Below are positions 12,172 through 24,491 of a stretch of DNA of 64,000 nt, one piece after another (position 1 is the stretch's first letter; the number at the start of each line of letters is the position of its first letter). A model generated the notes under the pieces. It saw only the letters and a program-made list of their open reading frames with translations. It did not search any database and was not told the DNA's origin. The DNA is taken from positions 459,898 to 523,897 of the forward strand of contig NMRA01000014.1 in the NCBI GenBank assembly GCA_002633005.1, in the 5' to 3' direction. A program made the translations under genes and the position numbers. Origin of the DNA: Phoronis australis (Eukaryota > Animalia > Phoronida).

Positions 12172-13052
12172 TGTCCGACGCTTGACTATGGGTTTGTTTA
12201 AAAAATAGCTATGCTTTGAGATTGAGCGTAGGCGGAGAGTGAATAATGAAATCCAGTAATTACTTTATTATATGATAAGCCCCAATTAGACATGTGAAAC
12301 CTATTGGTAATTAGCAATCAACTACAAAGAAAAGTAACTACGCTAGCAACCTCTTTAAACATTACTTCACTCAATCAACCAAAATAATCAAATGATTTAT
12401 TTGCTATCCAAGCTTAGACTCTCCACCTGTTGGATGACTGTCCTGTTGGTGAATCTTCGAACTACACAGTGTATAGCGACAGTGTACTTGCTGGTCACCG
12501 TCTCTGGTGATGGCACACTTGCAGGCAATTTCTTCTACCCGCCATTCTTCCTACTGGTCACAGTCTCTGGCTGGTGACGCAAAAATTCAAGTAGTAACTT
12601 ACCACCCACGATGCAAGTGACTAGCTCTTAGTTAACTTCCTGTTCGTTAACCCGTGCTCTTGCCAAGATCCTTCCTAGAATCTTCCACGAGATGGCTCGG
12701 TCGTACAATTTCCTTTGTACACCATAGCAAGTCCTTATGCTTCAACTACTCTAGCTCATCTGAATTTCTCTTTGACTTAAACCCATATTCCACTTATTTA
12801 GTGATTTGTTAATAAAACCACATGATCATATCCAATCATACATACAGTTTGTTCCCAGAATTTTCTAGAATCTCTAGAGTACTTTGACCCCAGAACCTAA
12901 AGTTGTAAACACAACTTAAAAATAGATTTTGACGTTAAAGTACATGTCAACAACTCTGACCCCATGATTTAAAAGTACATGTACATATGCACAAATTTTG
13001 GGCAACGTAAAATGGATCTATTTTTACTAATTACTTAAGCAATATTCTGACA
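12172..13052 (-). repeat. 5' LTR of the gypsy element
   Basis: TGTCCGACG...TTCTGACA followed by TSD CCATG. Collinear with 6706-7602, with many scattered substitutions and small indels. Confidence 0.93.
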
Positions 13053-13069
13053 CCATGCAAGTCTGACAT

Positions 13070-13328
13070 AATTAACAGTTAAACCTGGGTCTTACCAAGT
13101 CTAAAGTTAAACATGGTTAAAGATCTTAATACAGGTCTAAAGAATATAGACCTCGTTGGTGAAATGAAAACTGACTCAGACCAGGTCTAAACTGGAGTTA
13201 AACCAGGTTTTACTAGAACACTGCTCTAAAAGTTAAACCACCTTGATGAAATGCAGACTATCCTTAAACCTGGTCTAAGTCCAGTTTAAACCAGGTTTAA
13301 CTTTAAAGCGTTTTTATGAAATCGGCTG
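13070..13328. repeat. Palindromic MITE remnant (TTAAACCAGG/CCTGGTTTAA motifs)
   Basis: Repeated GTTAAACC(A/T)GG motifs in both orientations, ending TTTATGAAATCGGC. Confidence 0.45.
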
Positions 13329-13668
13329 TTGAAGTCTTCCTGATGATGTATGTACTTGCACATTGTTCGTTAAGAGCTACTTTAAATTAGTTTTCGTAGC
13401 CCTAAATTTTCCGTCGAAAGTGCATCTTTGGTGTGCTTTAAGCGCCTTGTCGCCGGTCTGTTAAGATGACTGATCCCGATCCTTTATTTTCGAAATCACA
13501 TGACTGATCATGTGACTTAAGTTTGTATACGAACAGTTTAAGAACGTTCTTGGTGAATAATTTGAGATTACACAAAGCTCATCCGTCGTGAAAGGCGTAT
13601 GCGCAAGCATTAGGTGAACTTATTGCCCGTGGGTGCTTCGCGCGTACCCTTTTTCTTTCTGTTCGCAG

Positions 13669-13842
13669 AGTTTAAATTGGGAGACGGATGCAGGCATAGC
13701 CGCTGCAAAAGAGCAGTGTGCAAGAAAAGATCGGCCACCTGTAGAATGCCACGATTATGCCAGAGTGGTTCAGAAGAAATCTGATAACGTCATTGTGGTC
13801 TGCGGAACCCAGGGACCCCTCGGATGCCGCGACATTCAAATT
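13669..13842 (+). CDS. Sema module 1, exon C
   Basis: ttcgcag|...|gtaaga. SLNWETDAGIAAAKEQCARKDRPPVECHDYARVVQKKSDNVIVVCGTQGPLGCRDIQI, matching Sema 'C.NYIRVL....VCGT.A..P.C'. Confidence 0.9.
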
Positions 13843-14823
13843 GTAAGATTTTTATTTAGGCTTGTAAACACATATTCATTTGATATTTTGATGGAAACAT
13901 ACCAACATGCTTATCCCTTTCGACAAGTGTACAACGTCCCGCTGGTTTAATAGGTAAGATGAAGGAACTTAATTTAAACTTCTGTAGTTGTTGATATAAG
14001 CTTCACGACGATGTGACGAGCGTAACTATCCGGACTGTGTAAAAATTTCGAGGTCTGTTTGAGCTCAATACACAGTGGCACCTTGCTGCATTTTGAAAAT
14101 AGTCTTCATTGAGATAGCTTGCTAGATAGGAAGGTTCTAGCTTCGAAACGATTTTTACTGCGAAAATGACAACAAATTCAGAATGATGATGGATGATGGA
14201 TGACACTAAAAACCGATCACATTCTAGCGATTTCATGCGCCCATGATCTTAATATCGGCGCTATGTTCAAACCATTGTTTATATCGTTCCTAAAATAAAC
14301 TTGGGTTCTATTGCTGTACCAACATATTAAGAAATTATACAGAAATAAACTATAATTGTCTTTGGTAAAGCGCAATTTACAGCTTGATGAAGTGATGATC
14401 AAGAGCAATAACGGATGAGCGCAAATGCGTGCTGCTTGTTGAGCATTGCGCGCACTTGAGGTCGTAAAACATCTAGCGTTGTATTCTGATTTTTATGCAA
14501 TTTTACTGTAAAATTTCGTGCTTGTTTTTATGCATAATGTACTGTATAAAAAGTCTCATATCTAAAGTTAGAAATTATGCTTCCGCAATATCACTTAACG
14601 TTCGATTTTACCACGCCTTCATTAATTCAACATAAAGTTTTAGGCTGGTGTAATGTCACGCACTTCGTATTTGTAGGTTGATTCGATTTTACCTCCTTTC
14701 AATAGTTGAACAAAAGTTGATAAACCGATATCAAGACCGGAGTTGCCACTGGTGAACGAACAGCGAACAGCTAAATGTTTATTTTTTTGCCAAAGTTCAC
14801 CCGCTAAGTCGTAAAATGGTAAT

Positions 14824-15025
14824 TGCCGACCAAGGACACGTTTAATCCGAATTGGTCGCCTAAGCTAGGCGACCACTTAGCCGACCCAAGTGCCGACCAC
14901 AGAGGCGACTCAGCAGACGGCTCCTAGCCGACCGTTGTTGGTCGGCTGCTGGTCGGCTAGACGACCGGTCGACGGCCGGTCGTCGACCAATTTCCGACCG
15001 GTCGGACAAAAATTCGTGATGTGTG
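14824..15025. repeat. Cluster of short (G)CCGACC / GGTCGG motifs, probable DNA-transposon subterminal repeats
   Basis: About a dozen CGACC/GGTCG motifs in direct and inverted orientation, ending ...GATGTGTG. Confidence 0.45.
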
Positions 15026-15634
15026 CTGTGCAACAGCATTGTGAATAAATCCTTTACACGACATGTCAGCCCAATTAAAATTCATGTGTATTGTCACCGA
15101 GTCATAGACAGCGATTTCGAAAGTGTCGTCCCTGTTACAAGGTAAATATGACAAAATCACTTACTGAGAGACTAAAATTGAAAGGTACTGTTACAACTTT
15201 TCAGTCTTGAGTAGCATTTCATAACCACTCTCCTCGGAGTGCATTTAGCTTTAGCCACTCAAAAACGGAAATACGTCCTGCAAAATTCGACTTAACTGGT
15301 TCCATAAAACAATGCTAGAATTTAGTTTGGGTAACTAGCTTATTTTCCAAACAGAAGAAATACTGTGCCCAATCATACATTTTATCGCACGCGCGTTGAA
15401 TCTGTCGAGGGAAATACGGCCATGAAATAAAGTTTTCCGTATATTCTCCTCCCGCACTACTTCAACAGCGACCTATGACATGGAAAGTTCAAAAGGTAGG
15501 GCAATGTCGACTCGACGGCTTCAGCCGGTTCGATCATCAAACTTTCCGAATGTACGATGAATGTTTTCAGTCATCCAGTTGGGCAGTATACGAAACAATA
15601 AATAAATCTACTACTGGACTTACGCATGTAGAGA

Positions 15635-15675
15635 TGGCTACGTTGCGTCCTACTCTCGAGGACTTCATCAGGCCA
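15635..15675 (-). ncRNA. Minimal type I hammerhead ribozyme motif (variant core)
   Basis: Reverse complement: TGGC CTGATGA A GTCCT cgagagt AGGAC GCAA CG TA GCCA. Confidence 0.7.
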
Positions 15676-16253
15676 CTGAGTTGTCACGTGACTCATGTGA
15701 TCCGTCGTGCAGTTTCCGCGGGATTCTCTTCAGCGCCCTATCCCATGTCCTAGGTAAGTGAAACCGCAGCCCCTCCTGTCTATTGAGGCTAGGATTCTCG
15801 ATTCTCTCGTAGATAGCTTCTTTGACCCCTCTCCGAAACCAATTCTCTTCTCTATCCAGGATCTTCACATCTTCCATGGCGAAAGAGTGGTCTGTGGAAG
15901 CCATGTGAGTAAAAACTGCAGAATCATAGCAGTCCCCATAACTGGACCTCCTGAAAAGTCGTTTCAACAAGCATCGGAGGTCCAGTTATGGGGACTGCTA
16001 TGATTCTGCAGTTTTTACTCACATGGCTTCCACAGACCACTCTTTCGCCATGGGAGATGTGAAGATCCTGGATAGAGAAGAGAATTGGTTTCGGAGAGGG
16101 GTCAAAGAAGCTATCTACGAGAGAATCGAGAATCCTAGCCTCAATAGACAGGGGGGCTGCGGTTTCACTTACCTAGGACATGGGATAGGGCGCTGAAGAG
16201 AATCCCGCGGAAACTGCACGACGGATCACATGACAAGTCACGTGACAACTCAG

Positions 16254-16294
16254 TGGCCTGATGAAGTCCTCGAGAGGAGGACGCAACGTAGCCA
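16254..16294 (+). ncRNA. Minimal type I hammerhead ribozyme motif (variant core)
   Basis: TGGC CTGATGA A GTCCT cgagagg AGGAC GCAA CG TA GCCA. Stem I TGGC/GCCA, stem II GTCCT/AGGAC, palindromic ACGT stem III. Confidence 0.7.
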
Positions 16295-18245
16295 TCTCTA
16301 CATGCGTAAGTCCAGTAGTAGATTTATTTATTGTTTCCTAATGTAGTTTAATGTAATACAGTTGCAACAGTGTAACTAACACTCGACATGCAACCAAGCC
16401 CTAAACGTAAAATCTAGAACGAAATTGTTAATTATAAGACACTTATGTCTCAGTTTTCAATTGCTGAATACTATATCGTCTGCAACTCAGGCGCCGATTC
16501 CTAGGAAATTAAAATATCAAATATTGTTGTTTTTTAACCATTTCCAGGAGATGTTACAAGTTCACTAATCAGTTGCTGTTGTTTTCATCTTTGTTACCTA
16601 TTTTCAATAAATAAATCGTTACTTTTAAAACTGTTTCTTTTACAAGAGAAAACTTAACAACCTAACGCGCAAATACATACATATAGGATGTGATCCGCCA
16701 TGTGAACAGTCTGGCCGGTGAAGTATTTGAAAAATCTGCCGAAAAAATGTAAGAAACTTAGGAATTCGAAGCGCATGGGGTAAATACAGGTCGATACGCC
16801 GAATAATGTCTCGTGGGATATTACTTCATGTACGCCACTATCGGTACGTTTTGTGTAATGTACATTGTTATTTGTATTACACACTGTCGGCCAAACTCAT
16901 TGCATCAAAACTTCATGTCATGCTTTGACACCATTTATGAAATTAACAATCTCAGCTTGTACGAACACAAGTAGTTATAATAACAGCACGTTCAAAGCTA
17001 CATTGTCAACACTGTGTTTTGCAAGATCAAGAGAGCTCAGCATGTGTCTAAATTTGTTTGTTGTCAAGTTTATGAGACGTATTATCATTCAACCAACTGG
17101 CGCAGCCAGATACTCCAAATGCCTGGCTTTCGAAACTGAAGCAACAAAAGCTGAATTAGCTTTGAAAATTGAAGCATCAATTCCGGTTGTAAGTAACCAT
17201 AACATCTTAGGAATGACCTGTTAGGCTCTTTGGTTTTACCCACTTCCGCACCAGACTGCGAACAGATTTTTAGTGGAACGGCGTTCAGCGCCACCTACAA
17301 TCCCATGAAAATGTGCACGGGAAATGTCAACATTCTGGTAAAAACAGCGCTCTAACACAACTTTCCTATGCCGGCTGTCGAATAATGCCCTACGAAAAAG
17401 GCTAACCTCATGAAATACCAATGGATGAAAAGGACATTATGTTCTATCCATTTCCCTCTGCGAAGAAGTATCTGTGACAGAGCCATTGGTTGCGGCTGAT
17501 AAAGGGGGAGAATTTCGTGCTCATCCGGTGTCAAAAAGCTAAACTAAAATAGTGAAGTTAAATTAATAAAATAAGGGGAGAGAATGACAGTTGAATTCAT
17601 TCTCCTGCTTTTGATTAATGAGCTACAATGTATTAGTAGAATTTCTGTCCACCAAATATGAATCGTGGCCAATCGGAAGTTACTTCTGTGCTCTCAATAT
17701 GAACGTCATTACAAAGATTCTCCTGAAGACACATGGTTGATTTTGTGAAATTCTGAGCCCCTTGCCATTGTAGTCAGTACTGTAAGTTTCTGGAAAAAAA
17801 ACCAGTGACAACTCTTCGTTGTCCGACAACGATGGTATGTATACCAGGACGTCATTAACATTCCCGACGGTGGTGTAACTTGCACTGGGAGGTTTCTTGT
17901 TAAACATACCTGGTAAATGGCGTTTAATAGCTGGAAACTGCCCTACTGGAACCTTTAATTGGCGGGTTGCATGGCCACTGAGACGGCGTGTACCTGTTCA
18001 TGGTAGCTATATGTGGTGTTGTGATCGCTATGGACCTGGATAGAGTGCACCACCACTGATAGAGAGGTAACTTGAGCGTGATCTGGTATTACATAAGGGA
18101 GAAAACTGAATAAGTATCAGCGGACAGGACATTTAGCTGATCATGTCAAGACATGGGGGGTGCATGGGGTGAGTGAACGCAAACAAAGTGAGGGACATCG
18201 CCAGTGAGTAATTGGATATGAACTACAATTGGACGAGAGAGCAAT

Positions 18246-18959
18246 TTAAACTTCGCAGTTTTCTAACAGTAGAAGGTCACTTTCTGAGGAAACCTGCTTT
18301 ATCCTACATGTATTATCATGCAGCTGTATCGTTACGTTACCGTCATGCTTCCACGTTTTAGCGATGGTTTTAGATTGCACGAGGCGGTGACAGCGAGCGT
18401 AGAGAAGTGACCGTTGTTTCGTGAGATTTTCATTGATGTAGATTGGGCAAGGTAAGTACATTTTGCGGAGTAGACTTCTGTTGTGAAGGAAAGCAGCTCT
18501 GGTGTTGTATGGCATAAATTTACAGATGATAGGGCGATCTTTTCGCGATTCTTTCTCCATGTTTACGTAGTTTGGGCCCACGTCTGTGGGATCTCCTGAT
18601 TTGTTGGTGGTTAATTTCAAGACCCAGTTTCCGTCAATCACAATGTTGTAGTCTTTCTGGTTAATGATGGACGCGTAGTAGGCCTTTATATGATACAGGG
18701 CAGGCTGGAACAGTTGATCACGGAGTGTTTTAATAACTTGGAGGTTTGCAATGTCCTCATTAGAGTCCGATTCACAAAGGGGCGTGTCCAACTTACGGAA
18801 GTCAAGGGTTGTTTGAGTAAGTATTTTTGCTCTGTCGTTTAAGGATGCACTATCTTTGCTGGCATATCTCTTTCTTGGCTTGTCATCACTCATCGTGGGT
18901 GAAGTATGAGATAACTTAAAACTTAAATATAAGAAAATTAATTGAAAAATCTTCAGCAT
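18246..18959 (-). mobile_element. LINE ORF1-like protein fragment (RRM/C-terminal domain type)
   Basis: RPIICKF..YNTR..FL.NR..LR....IYINENLTKQRSLLYARC.RLV....I.KTW..DGNV is typical of CR1/L2-group ORF1. Internally deleted. Confidence 0.75.
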
Positions 18960-19465
18960 AATTTCAAACGCACATCTGGCGGGAAACAGGTCACGTGATA
19001 TGAGTTAAGTTCGTTATTCGAATACACCAGCAGAAAAATGCGACTTTCTTGTGGATTTGAAATAACTGAAAATCCTGAGTATTCTAGACGAACATCCTTT
19101 GAGTCCGTCCAACCACTTATAAAGAAGGCATTTTGAATAGTAGTCATGAGCATGCTAGTATTACCGCGAGCTAACGCGAGACTGAAACTTCGCGGGACAC
19201 CACCATGGTCTTGCCCAATTCACCGCAGTAGTCTGCAATTACTTCATACGAGACTACGAGATTTTTTGTGCCGATTGTGGGAAGCTTTACGAAATTTTGT
19301 TGCTGGTCGCCACGCCAGTGTTCTGGACGTTGCGCCCGTCACAACAGATTTGCTCCAATGTCGCACAACGCATAATGCACACAATGACTTCTGCTTCTAA
19401 CTGGTAAGTTGTGGAACAAAAATAACGATGACCATTTGAAAAAGTACGACAATTTACATTTTCAG

Positions 19466-19661
19466 GGAACTAACAACACCATGGCGTCTATCAGGCTGTA
19501 CACGGCAGAATTAACAAATCTGGACCTCAGCCCTTGGAGTCCGACTGAGAAATTTGCAGTAATATACGCCGAAGCAAGTCTATTTGTTGCAACACAGGTT
19601 GACGACAAGTTTTCAAAAATTTACAGGCACGATGACGGCATAAACACGGAGATTGAAAACA
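19466..19661 (+). CDS. Sema module 1, exon D
   Basis: tttcag|...a|gtaaga. GTNNTMASIRLYTAELTNLDLSPWSPTEKFAVIYAEASLFVATQVDDKFSKIYRHDDGINTEIEN aligns to 'CPYDP...LYSAT...IYR...RTE'. Phase 0 to 1. Confidence 0.75.
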
Positions 19662-20099
19662 GTAAGAACCTAACACAACATTAGTGTTGTAGAAGATTGT
19701 CTTACACCACGAACTACGAGGCGCTTGCAGTCAAGAAACATTTCCCTCAATAGCATGTATAAAGGCATATTTTGAGCCATGTTGCAATACCAACAATTGT
19801 TTGGTAACGTATTCTGCGCTATACACCTATTTATTTTCAACGATGTTTAAATGTTGGTTTTCAGACCTTTAGCAAAAATACGATGGTGAATGAGGCGAGC
19901 CGTGGTTATTTTCACATTTTAGGGTTCGTAAAGCAACATATTGAACGAGTGTGAGAGTTAAAATTTGTTTTTGTATATAATTACATCCGCTAATCAATTG
20001 ATGGAAGAATGTTTGCGCTTTTGCCCGTATGTCGATCACTCTAACTTAGGAACAGTCCGTTACAATTTTTACCTAAAACGCTGTGGAAAGGTTTTTGCA

Positions 20100-20450
20100 A
20101 AAAACACTTCCAAGAGATGATCGAAATGAATAGGCGGGCAATCGGTTACATTTTGGGAAAGATATAATGTTTTGCTGTCATGCCGTGGCCGTTTTTAACG
20201 AAAAACAGTCGACAGACGACTTTTGATTATATGATGGACTGCAGTGTTGTCCACGATCGACGGTTGTATCAAAGACTATTACAAGTTGTGTATCATTGGA
20301 GATTCTTACATTACCAAACTTCAACATAGAGTGAACGACATGCAACTACATGCCGCTTGTGAAAATGTAGAGTTCTACTCTTCTGCTACTGCCCGCTTTA
20401 CCAAGAACAAGCAAACATCTTTGGTGCAATTTCTTATCCAACAACAAAAA
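20100..20450 (+). mobile_element. Possible highly decayed PIF/Harbinger transposase fragment
   Basis: Frame-broken motifs AIGYILGK, VVHDRRLY and CIIGDSY resemble Harbinger IG.IDG / SVHD.R / .IGDS.Y. Confidence 0.35.
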
Positions 20451-20556
20451 TAGATTAATGGAGGTTTTCTATCTTAAATAATTGCGTAGAATCAGGTATC
20501 AGAATTCTCTTGCACGGAATTTTTCATGAAAACTGCCATCCTACTCAGGACATTAG

Positions 20557-21247
20557 TGTCACCTTTTCCCCGTATATGGGTTTGCGCACGTTGTTACCAA
20601 CCCGGGTGCAAATAGCTTTCGGTGCAGTTATAGACTGAAGAGCTGGTTCGAATTAATAGCTTTATTAATCTCGGCCGTACGTTCGCAAGTCTACTCAAAC
20701 AAAACGTCCGACGTAATGTCAATTCTGTGTTCCAGCCAGTGCTGCGAAGCCTAAGTTGATAAGTTGACTTGTGATGATGTTCTGAGATACTTCCAGCAAC
20801 TTTAACACAGACTCGTTGATCCAATAACTTGCTGTCTCTATAGCTTTCTCTCTATTTACTATCGCTGTAAATGCTGATTATCTTTACAACAACTCAGCAG
20901 TAACTCTCTTGTAACAAACATTCAACTTTAACTCCACTCAACAAACCTGTCCCTGGGTATTTATAGCCTCATACAATGTTCATCAATTCGCACACATTCT
21001 AGAACTTTCCGGAATCTACCCGATTATTCTAAAAATATGTACTAGGCTCTAGAATGTTCTAGATTACACTAATGACTTGCATGCTAGAATCTTCTAGAAT
21101 GTTTCATACTATTTATTTGGTAAACAAATTACACCATCACTAGCCTGACCTAAGGGGTCTTGTCAATCCAATACTACATGGTACTACAAAAATAGACCAA
21201 TGGGAAAAAATAATTAAACTATGCATAGTGTCAGACTATTCATGACA
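20557..21247 (-). mobile_element. Solo LTR
   Basis: TGTCA...TGACA termini, near-TSD ATTAG/ATTAA. Minus-strand TATA (CTATAAATA ~20958-20966) and AATAAA (~20660). TCTAGA-rich region like the gypsy LTRs. Confidence 0.65.
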
Positions 21248-21887
21248 ATTAAATTGCAAATGAAATAGAGAAAAACTTTGTTTCTTAACAAAAATTTGTC
21301 AATTGAATATCACTTGACTAAGCAGTTCAGTTTGACCGGTGCTGGTAGAGGTTGGCCCTTCGCGTACAGAATGTGTGAACATTTAGTCAAGATATCCGTC
21401 AACCTCGTGGACCAAGTGTAGTGAAACCGTACTGTGGATGTCAAAAAACTGAAATTTGGGGTTCCCGATGAGACAGAAATCTTTGGAAAAGAATGTGTCA
21501 GTTAGCAACATGTATGATAGTTTCGTAGGATGCTTGCTAGAATTAGGCCTATAGTCGGTTTCATCACGAAATCATTACAAATAACTTCATACACATTTCG
21601 TGCTCGCTGAAGTTGTTTTATAAGCCTCCTGTGGCCTTCGGACCACGGCCTAAATGTATGGCGTTTACTAGCATATCGCAGTCCTGTATCAACATATTTT
21701 CATGTTTCGATATAAAGCACCAAGAGTCCGCTGCATTATGTCAAAATCAGATGGGAAAATTGCAAAGTAACGGGAAGCGATCCAGCGGCATTTGTATGCT
21801 CCAGGACTCCCACATAATCTAATGACCAGGATTCAAAATACCTTCATGTTCTTTCATCACAAAAGGACGTTTTTTATAAAATCCTAG

Positions 21888-21976
21888 GTGTGGAGTTCAT
21901 TGAATCATTCGAGGACGATGACAAGGTATATTTCGTGCTCAGAGAGGTGGCGGAAGAATACACCTTTTGTCAAAAG
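21888..21976 (+). CDS. Sema module 1, exon E
   Basis: cctag|...|gtgagt. VEFIESFEDDDKVYFVLREVAEEYTFCQK, matching 'P.FV.SF...DKVYFFFRE.A.EY.NCGK'. Confidence 0.9.
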
Positions 21977-23296
21977 GTGAGTACTGATTGTGGATGTGGC
22001 TAGTACGTGCCACCACATACAGCTGATATTTCAATACTTGGCTGGCGTAATGTTTTAACCCAAATTGTGGAAACGTGTCAAATTATCACAACTTCAAAAA
22101 TGTGACAACTTGGGTCAGGGCTTTAGGCTTATATTGTCACAACGGCCCAACTAGTCACAAAAATTAATGTTGTGCTGGCAGACAATTTTAGGTACAGTGA
22201 TGGAAAATTTTACCAAAAAGACGCTATTCAATATAAAACGCGCAAATTAAAAACTCTAAAACAGTTGGCAATTGGGAAAGTAAACGAATAAAATGGTTAA
22301 CATTATGAGTCGATACAGATATCTTAATCTTGAACGGGTGTGGAAATATATATGACAAACATTTTTTAAGGCTGGTCTTCACGCCACCGGTTGGCCACAC
22401 CAAGTTCCCAAATGACTATAAGTCTGAAAATATTTCTGTCCCCTACCGGGACTCGAAATTTCTGCTAGCCGTGCAGATTGCTCAACGAAAGCTCAACAAA
22501 TTGGTGAATTATTACTGCGTTAACTTACGTTTAAGAGTTGTAATAACACCGGAATCTCTAAAACTATATAACATAATTGACCCTAAAGACACCATTTTTT
22601 CGCCAAAAACTTAAGTTTTCAGCGAAAAACTTAAGTTCGTTGTTTGTAATGGGTCAGACAGACAATATTGCAGTTTTTGCGCTTCCAAAAGACCCTAAGA
22701 TATCGCCGTAAAATGGAATAGGTTCGTTCGTGGGGCACGGGTATGGCAGTACACTGTGGAGCACGCGTTCAATTTAGGGGCTCCACTGCGCTCAGCCCCA
22801 TTTTGAAGAATCTTTTTCGGTCCGTCGCAGAAACAGAAATTTGATGAAAATTTCTCCAACGTGTAAGCGCATTAATTTGATGGAGAAATTTTGTAATGTA
22901 TTGTACCGTTGCTAAGAACGTTGTTGTCACAAAATAGAAATAAAATGAGTCTATAAATTAAGGTTTAGCAACTATTATAGCTTACTACACGTATTATCGC
23001 GCTAAGTTGCCACCGAGAAAATATCGTCTGCTAAAGTAGGTTGGCACTAGTAACTGAGTATAAAGCTCAAGTCAAAGGATCCCAACGACACGATACCCGC
23101 ATTCAAATTGGAGATCGGTGATTTACAAGTGAGAGAACACGAGTGAAAAATTTCACTGAATTAAAATATCGTTTTTATGGAAATTATGCGTCTTATTTTT
23201 CATAGCGTATAAATGTCTGTACAATGCCCTTTGCTGAATATGCGATTGTTGCGCGTGCTCATTTAAGTATTCTATTTTCACGTTCGATGACGACAG

Positions 23297-23370
23297 CCGC
23301 TGAGTGGTGTAGTGGTGAAGTCGGTGATTCGAAACTCCTGAGGCCCGGGTTCGAACTCGGCCTCGGTTTC
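23297..23370 (+). mobile_element. tRNA-derived SINE head / tRNA-like pseudogene
   Basis: A box TGGTGTAGTGG and B box GGTTCGAACTC at tRNA-like spacing. No convincing cloverleaf. Confidence 0.55.
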
Positions 23371-23626
23371 CCGCCAAAATGTTATCTCACTAGTGAGATA
23401 ACTTTGTATCTGCCATTGTAATATTGTGGTAGTTATAGATTACGGTAAATCGAGTACAAACAGATGAAACCAAGAAAAATTTCGTTGACTAGGTGGCTGA
23501 TCTGCTAGATTTTCCATATATATAACATGTATTTTCAATATGTGATGTGCATGTACAAGTTCTCGAAGATCCATAGCAAACTTTTTTATTGAAAGTTCCG
23601 CTTTGTTTGTTTATTGTACGTTTCAG

Positions 23627-23777
23627 CGTGTCGTCTCAAGAATTGCCCAGGTTTGCAAGAAGGATAGGGGATATACCCAGCAACTTTTGCCCCGATACGA
23701 GTTTAGCTCATACTTCAAGATACGGTTGTTATGCGCTACGCATGACGTTGTGTCTAGAATATATTTCGACGAAGTCC
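23627..23777 (+). CDS. Sema module 1, exon F (151 nt)
   Basis: tttcag|...|gtaagt. RVVSRIAQVCKKDRGYTQQLLPRYEFSSYFKIRLLCATHDVVSRIYFDEV, the Sema hallmark 'SRVARVCK.D.G...F.KARL.C...YF.E'. Confidence 0.92.
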
Positions 23778-24400
23778 GTAAGTGTCGTTAACATCTGACT
23801 CAAGTCCCTTAACGCAAGGATAATTTCAGGAGCACGCCTCATGTCATTGGCGCCTGGGCATTTTTCTGGTTGATTAAGTAGGGCCAATAAGCGCAAACAA
23901 CGTCAGCGAAAAGGGGTAATGTTGTGAAAGTATAGATCTCAGCTAAAGATTTACTACGATCTAATACAGTTTAGAGCAAGCAGCGATTGCCACGTAACGT
24001 ACATGTACAGTTGAAACAAACGAAATTACACATGAAGTTCCCTCCAAAGAATGGAATACAAAAAGGCAGAAGTACTACTTAAGTTAATTAAGTGCAGTCC
24101 TATAAGCCTATCGGCTCCTAGTCGCGTTTTAAATGATCCCTGGAAACTCAGTGTTATAATTATTGGTAAAAATGTGTTCTTTATTCCTATTACAAACGCT
24201 ATCTAAATTTGACATGAGCTGACTGAGACTAAGTGACATGTGACGGTGGGTTACTTTCAGTCGCACAAAATTTAAAAGAAATGATAAGAACACGATGTCG
24301 TTTGTGTTGCTGTGAACAAAGCTGATAATTTTAATAACCGGGCGTGGTTTAGGAGATTATTGCTGTTCATTGCATTTTCACTACCATCCCATTTTTTCAG

Positions 24401-24491
24401 AATCGATTTCCGCGATAAATTATGGGAACTACGGATCATCAAATACAAAGTCCACGCAAAAGATGTTTTATGCAGTTTTCTCCAGTGCTCG
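24401..24491 (+). CDS. Sema module 1, exon G (91 nt)
   Basis: tttcag|...|gtaagt. (Q)SISAINYGNYGSSNTKSTQKMFYAVFSSAR. Same length and phase as 58907-58997. Confidence 0.85.

Larger units (their letters stand above)
6706..13052 (-). mobile_element. Full-length but decayed Ty3/gypsy LTR retrotransposon of Gmr1 type (gag-PR-IN-RT-RH)
   Basis: Two ~0.9-kb LTRs (TG...CA) and a perfect 5-bp TSD CCATG (6701-6705, 13053-13057). tRNA-Pro-like PBS and a PPT are present. Frameshifted gag 11949-11036, protease RDTGC ~10780, integrase 10387-9404, RT 9386-8264 (YVDD), RNase H 8245-~7712. Confidence 0.95.
15551..16337. mobile_element. Penelope-like element: two 5'-truncated copies in inverted orientation
   Basis: Arms 15592-15951 and 15976-16337 are near-perfect reverse complements. 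They encode a GIY-YIG C-terminus (HSFAMEDVKILDREENWFRRGVKEAIYERIENPSLNR). The minus copy extends to the pLTR-like tail CTGGATGACTGAAAACATTCA. Confidence 0.9.

Noticed and set aside
19466-19573. GC-AG donor at GAA|GCAAGT for exon D
   Set aside because: The frame stays open and Sema-like to a canonical phase-1 GTAAGA donor at 19662, which matches the next exon's phase.
20371-20450. EFYSSATARF as a Sema exon
   Set aside because: The LYSAT-equivalent motif is already in exon D, and there is no good donor.
23297-23370. Functional tRNA gene
   Set aside because: A and B boxes are present, but the acceptor and anticodon stems do not pair convincingly.
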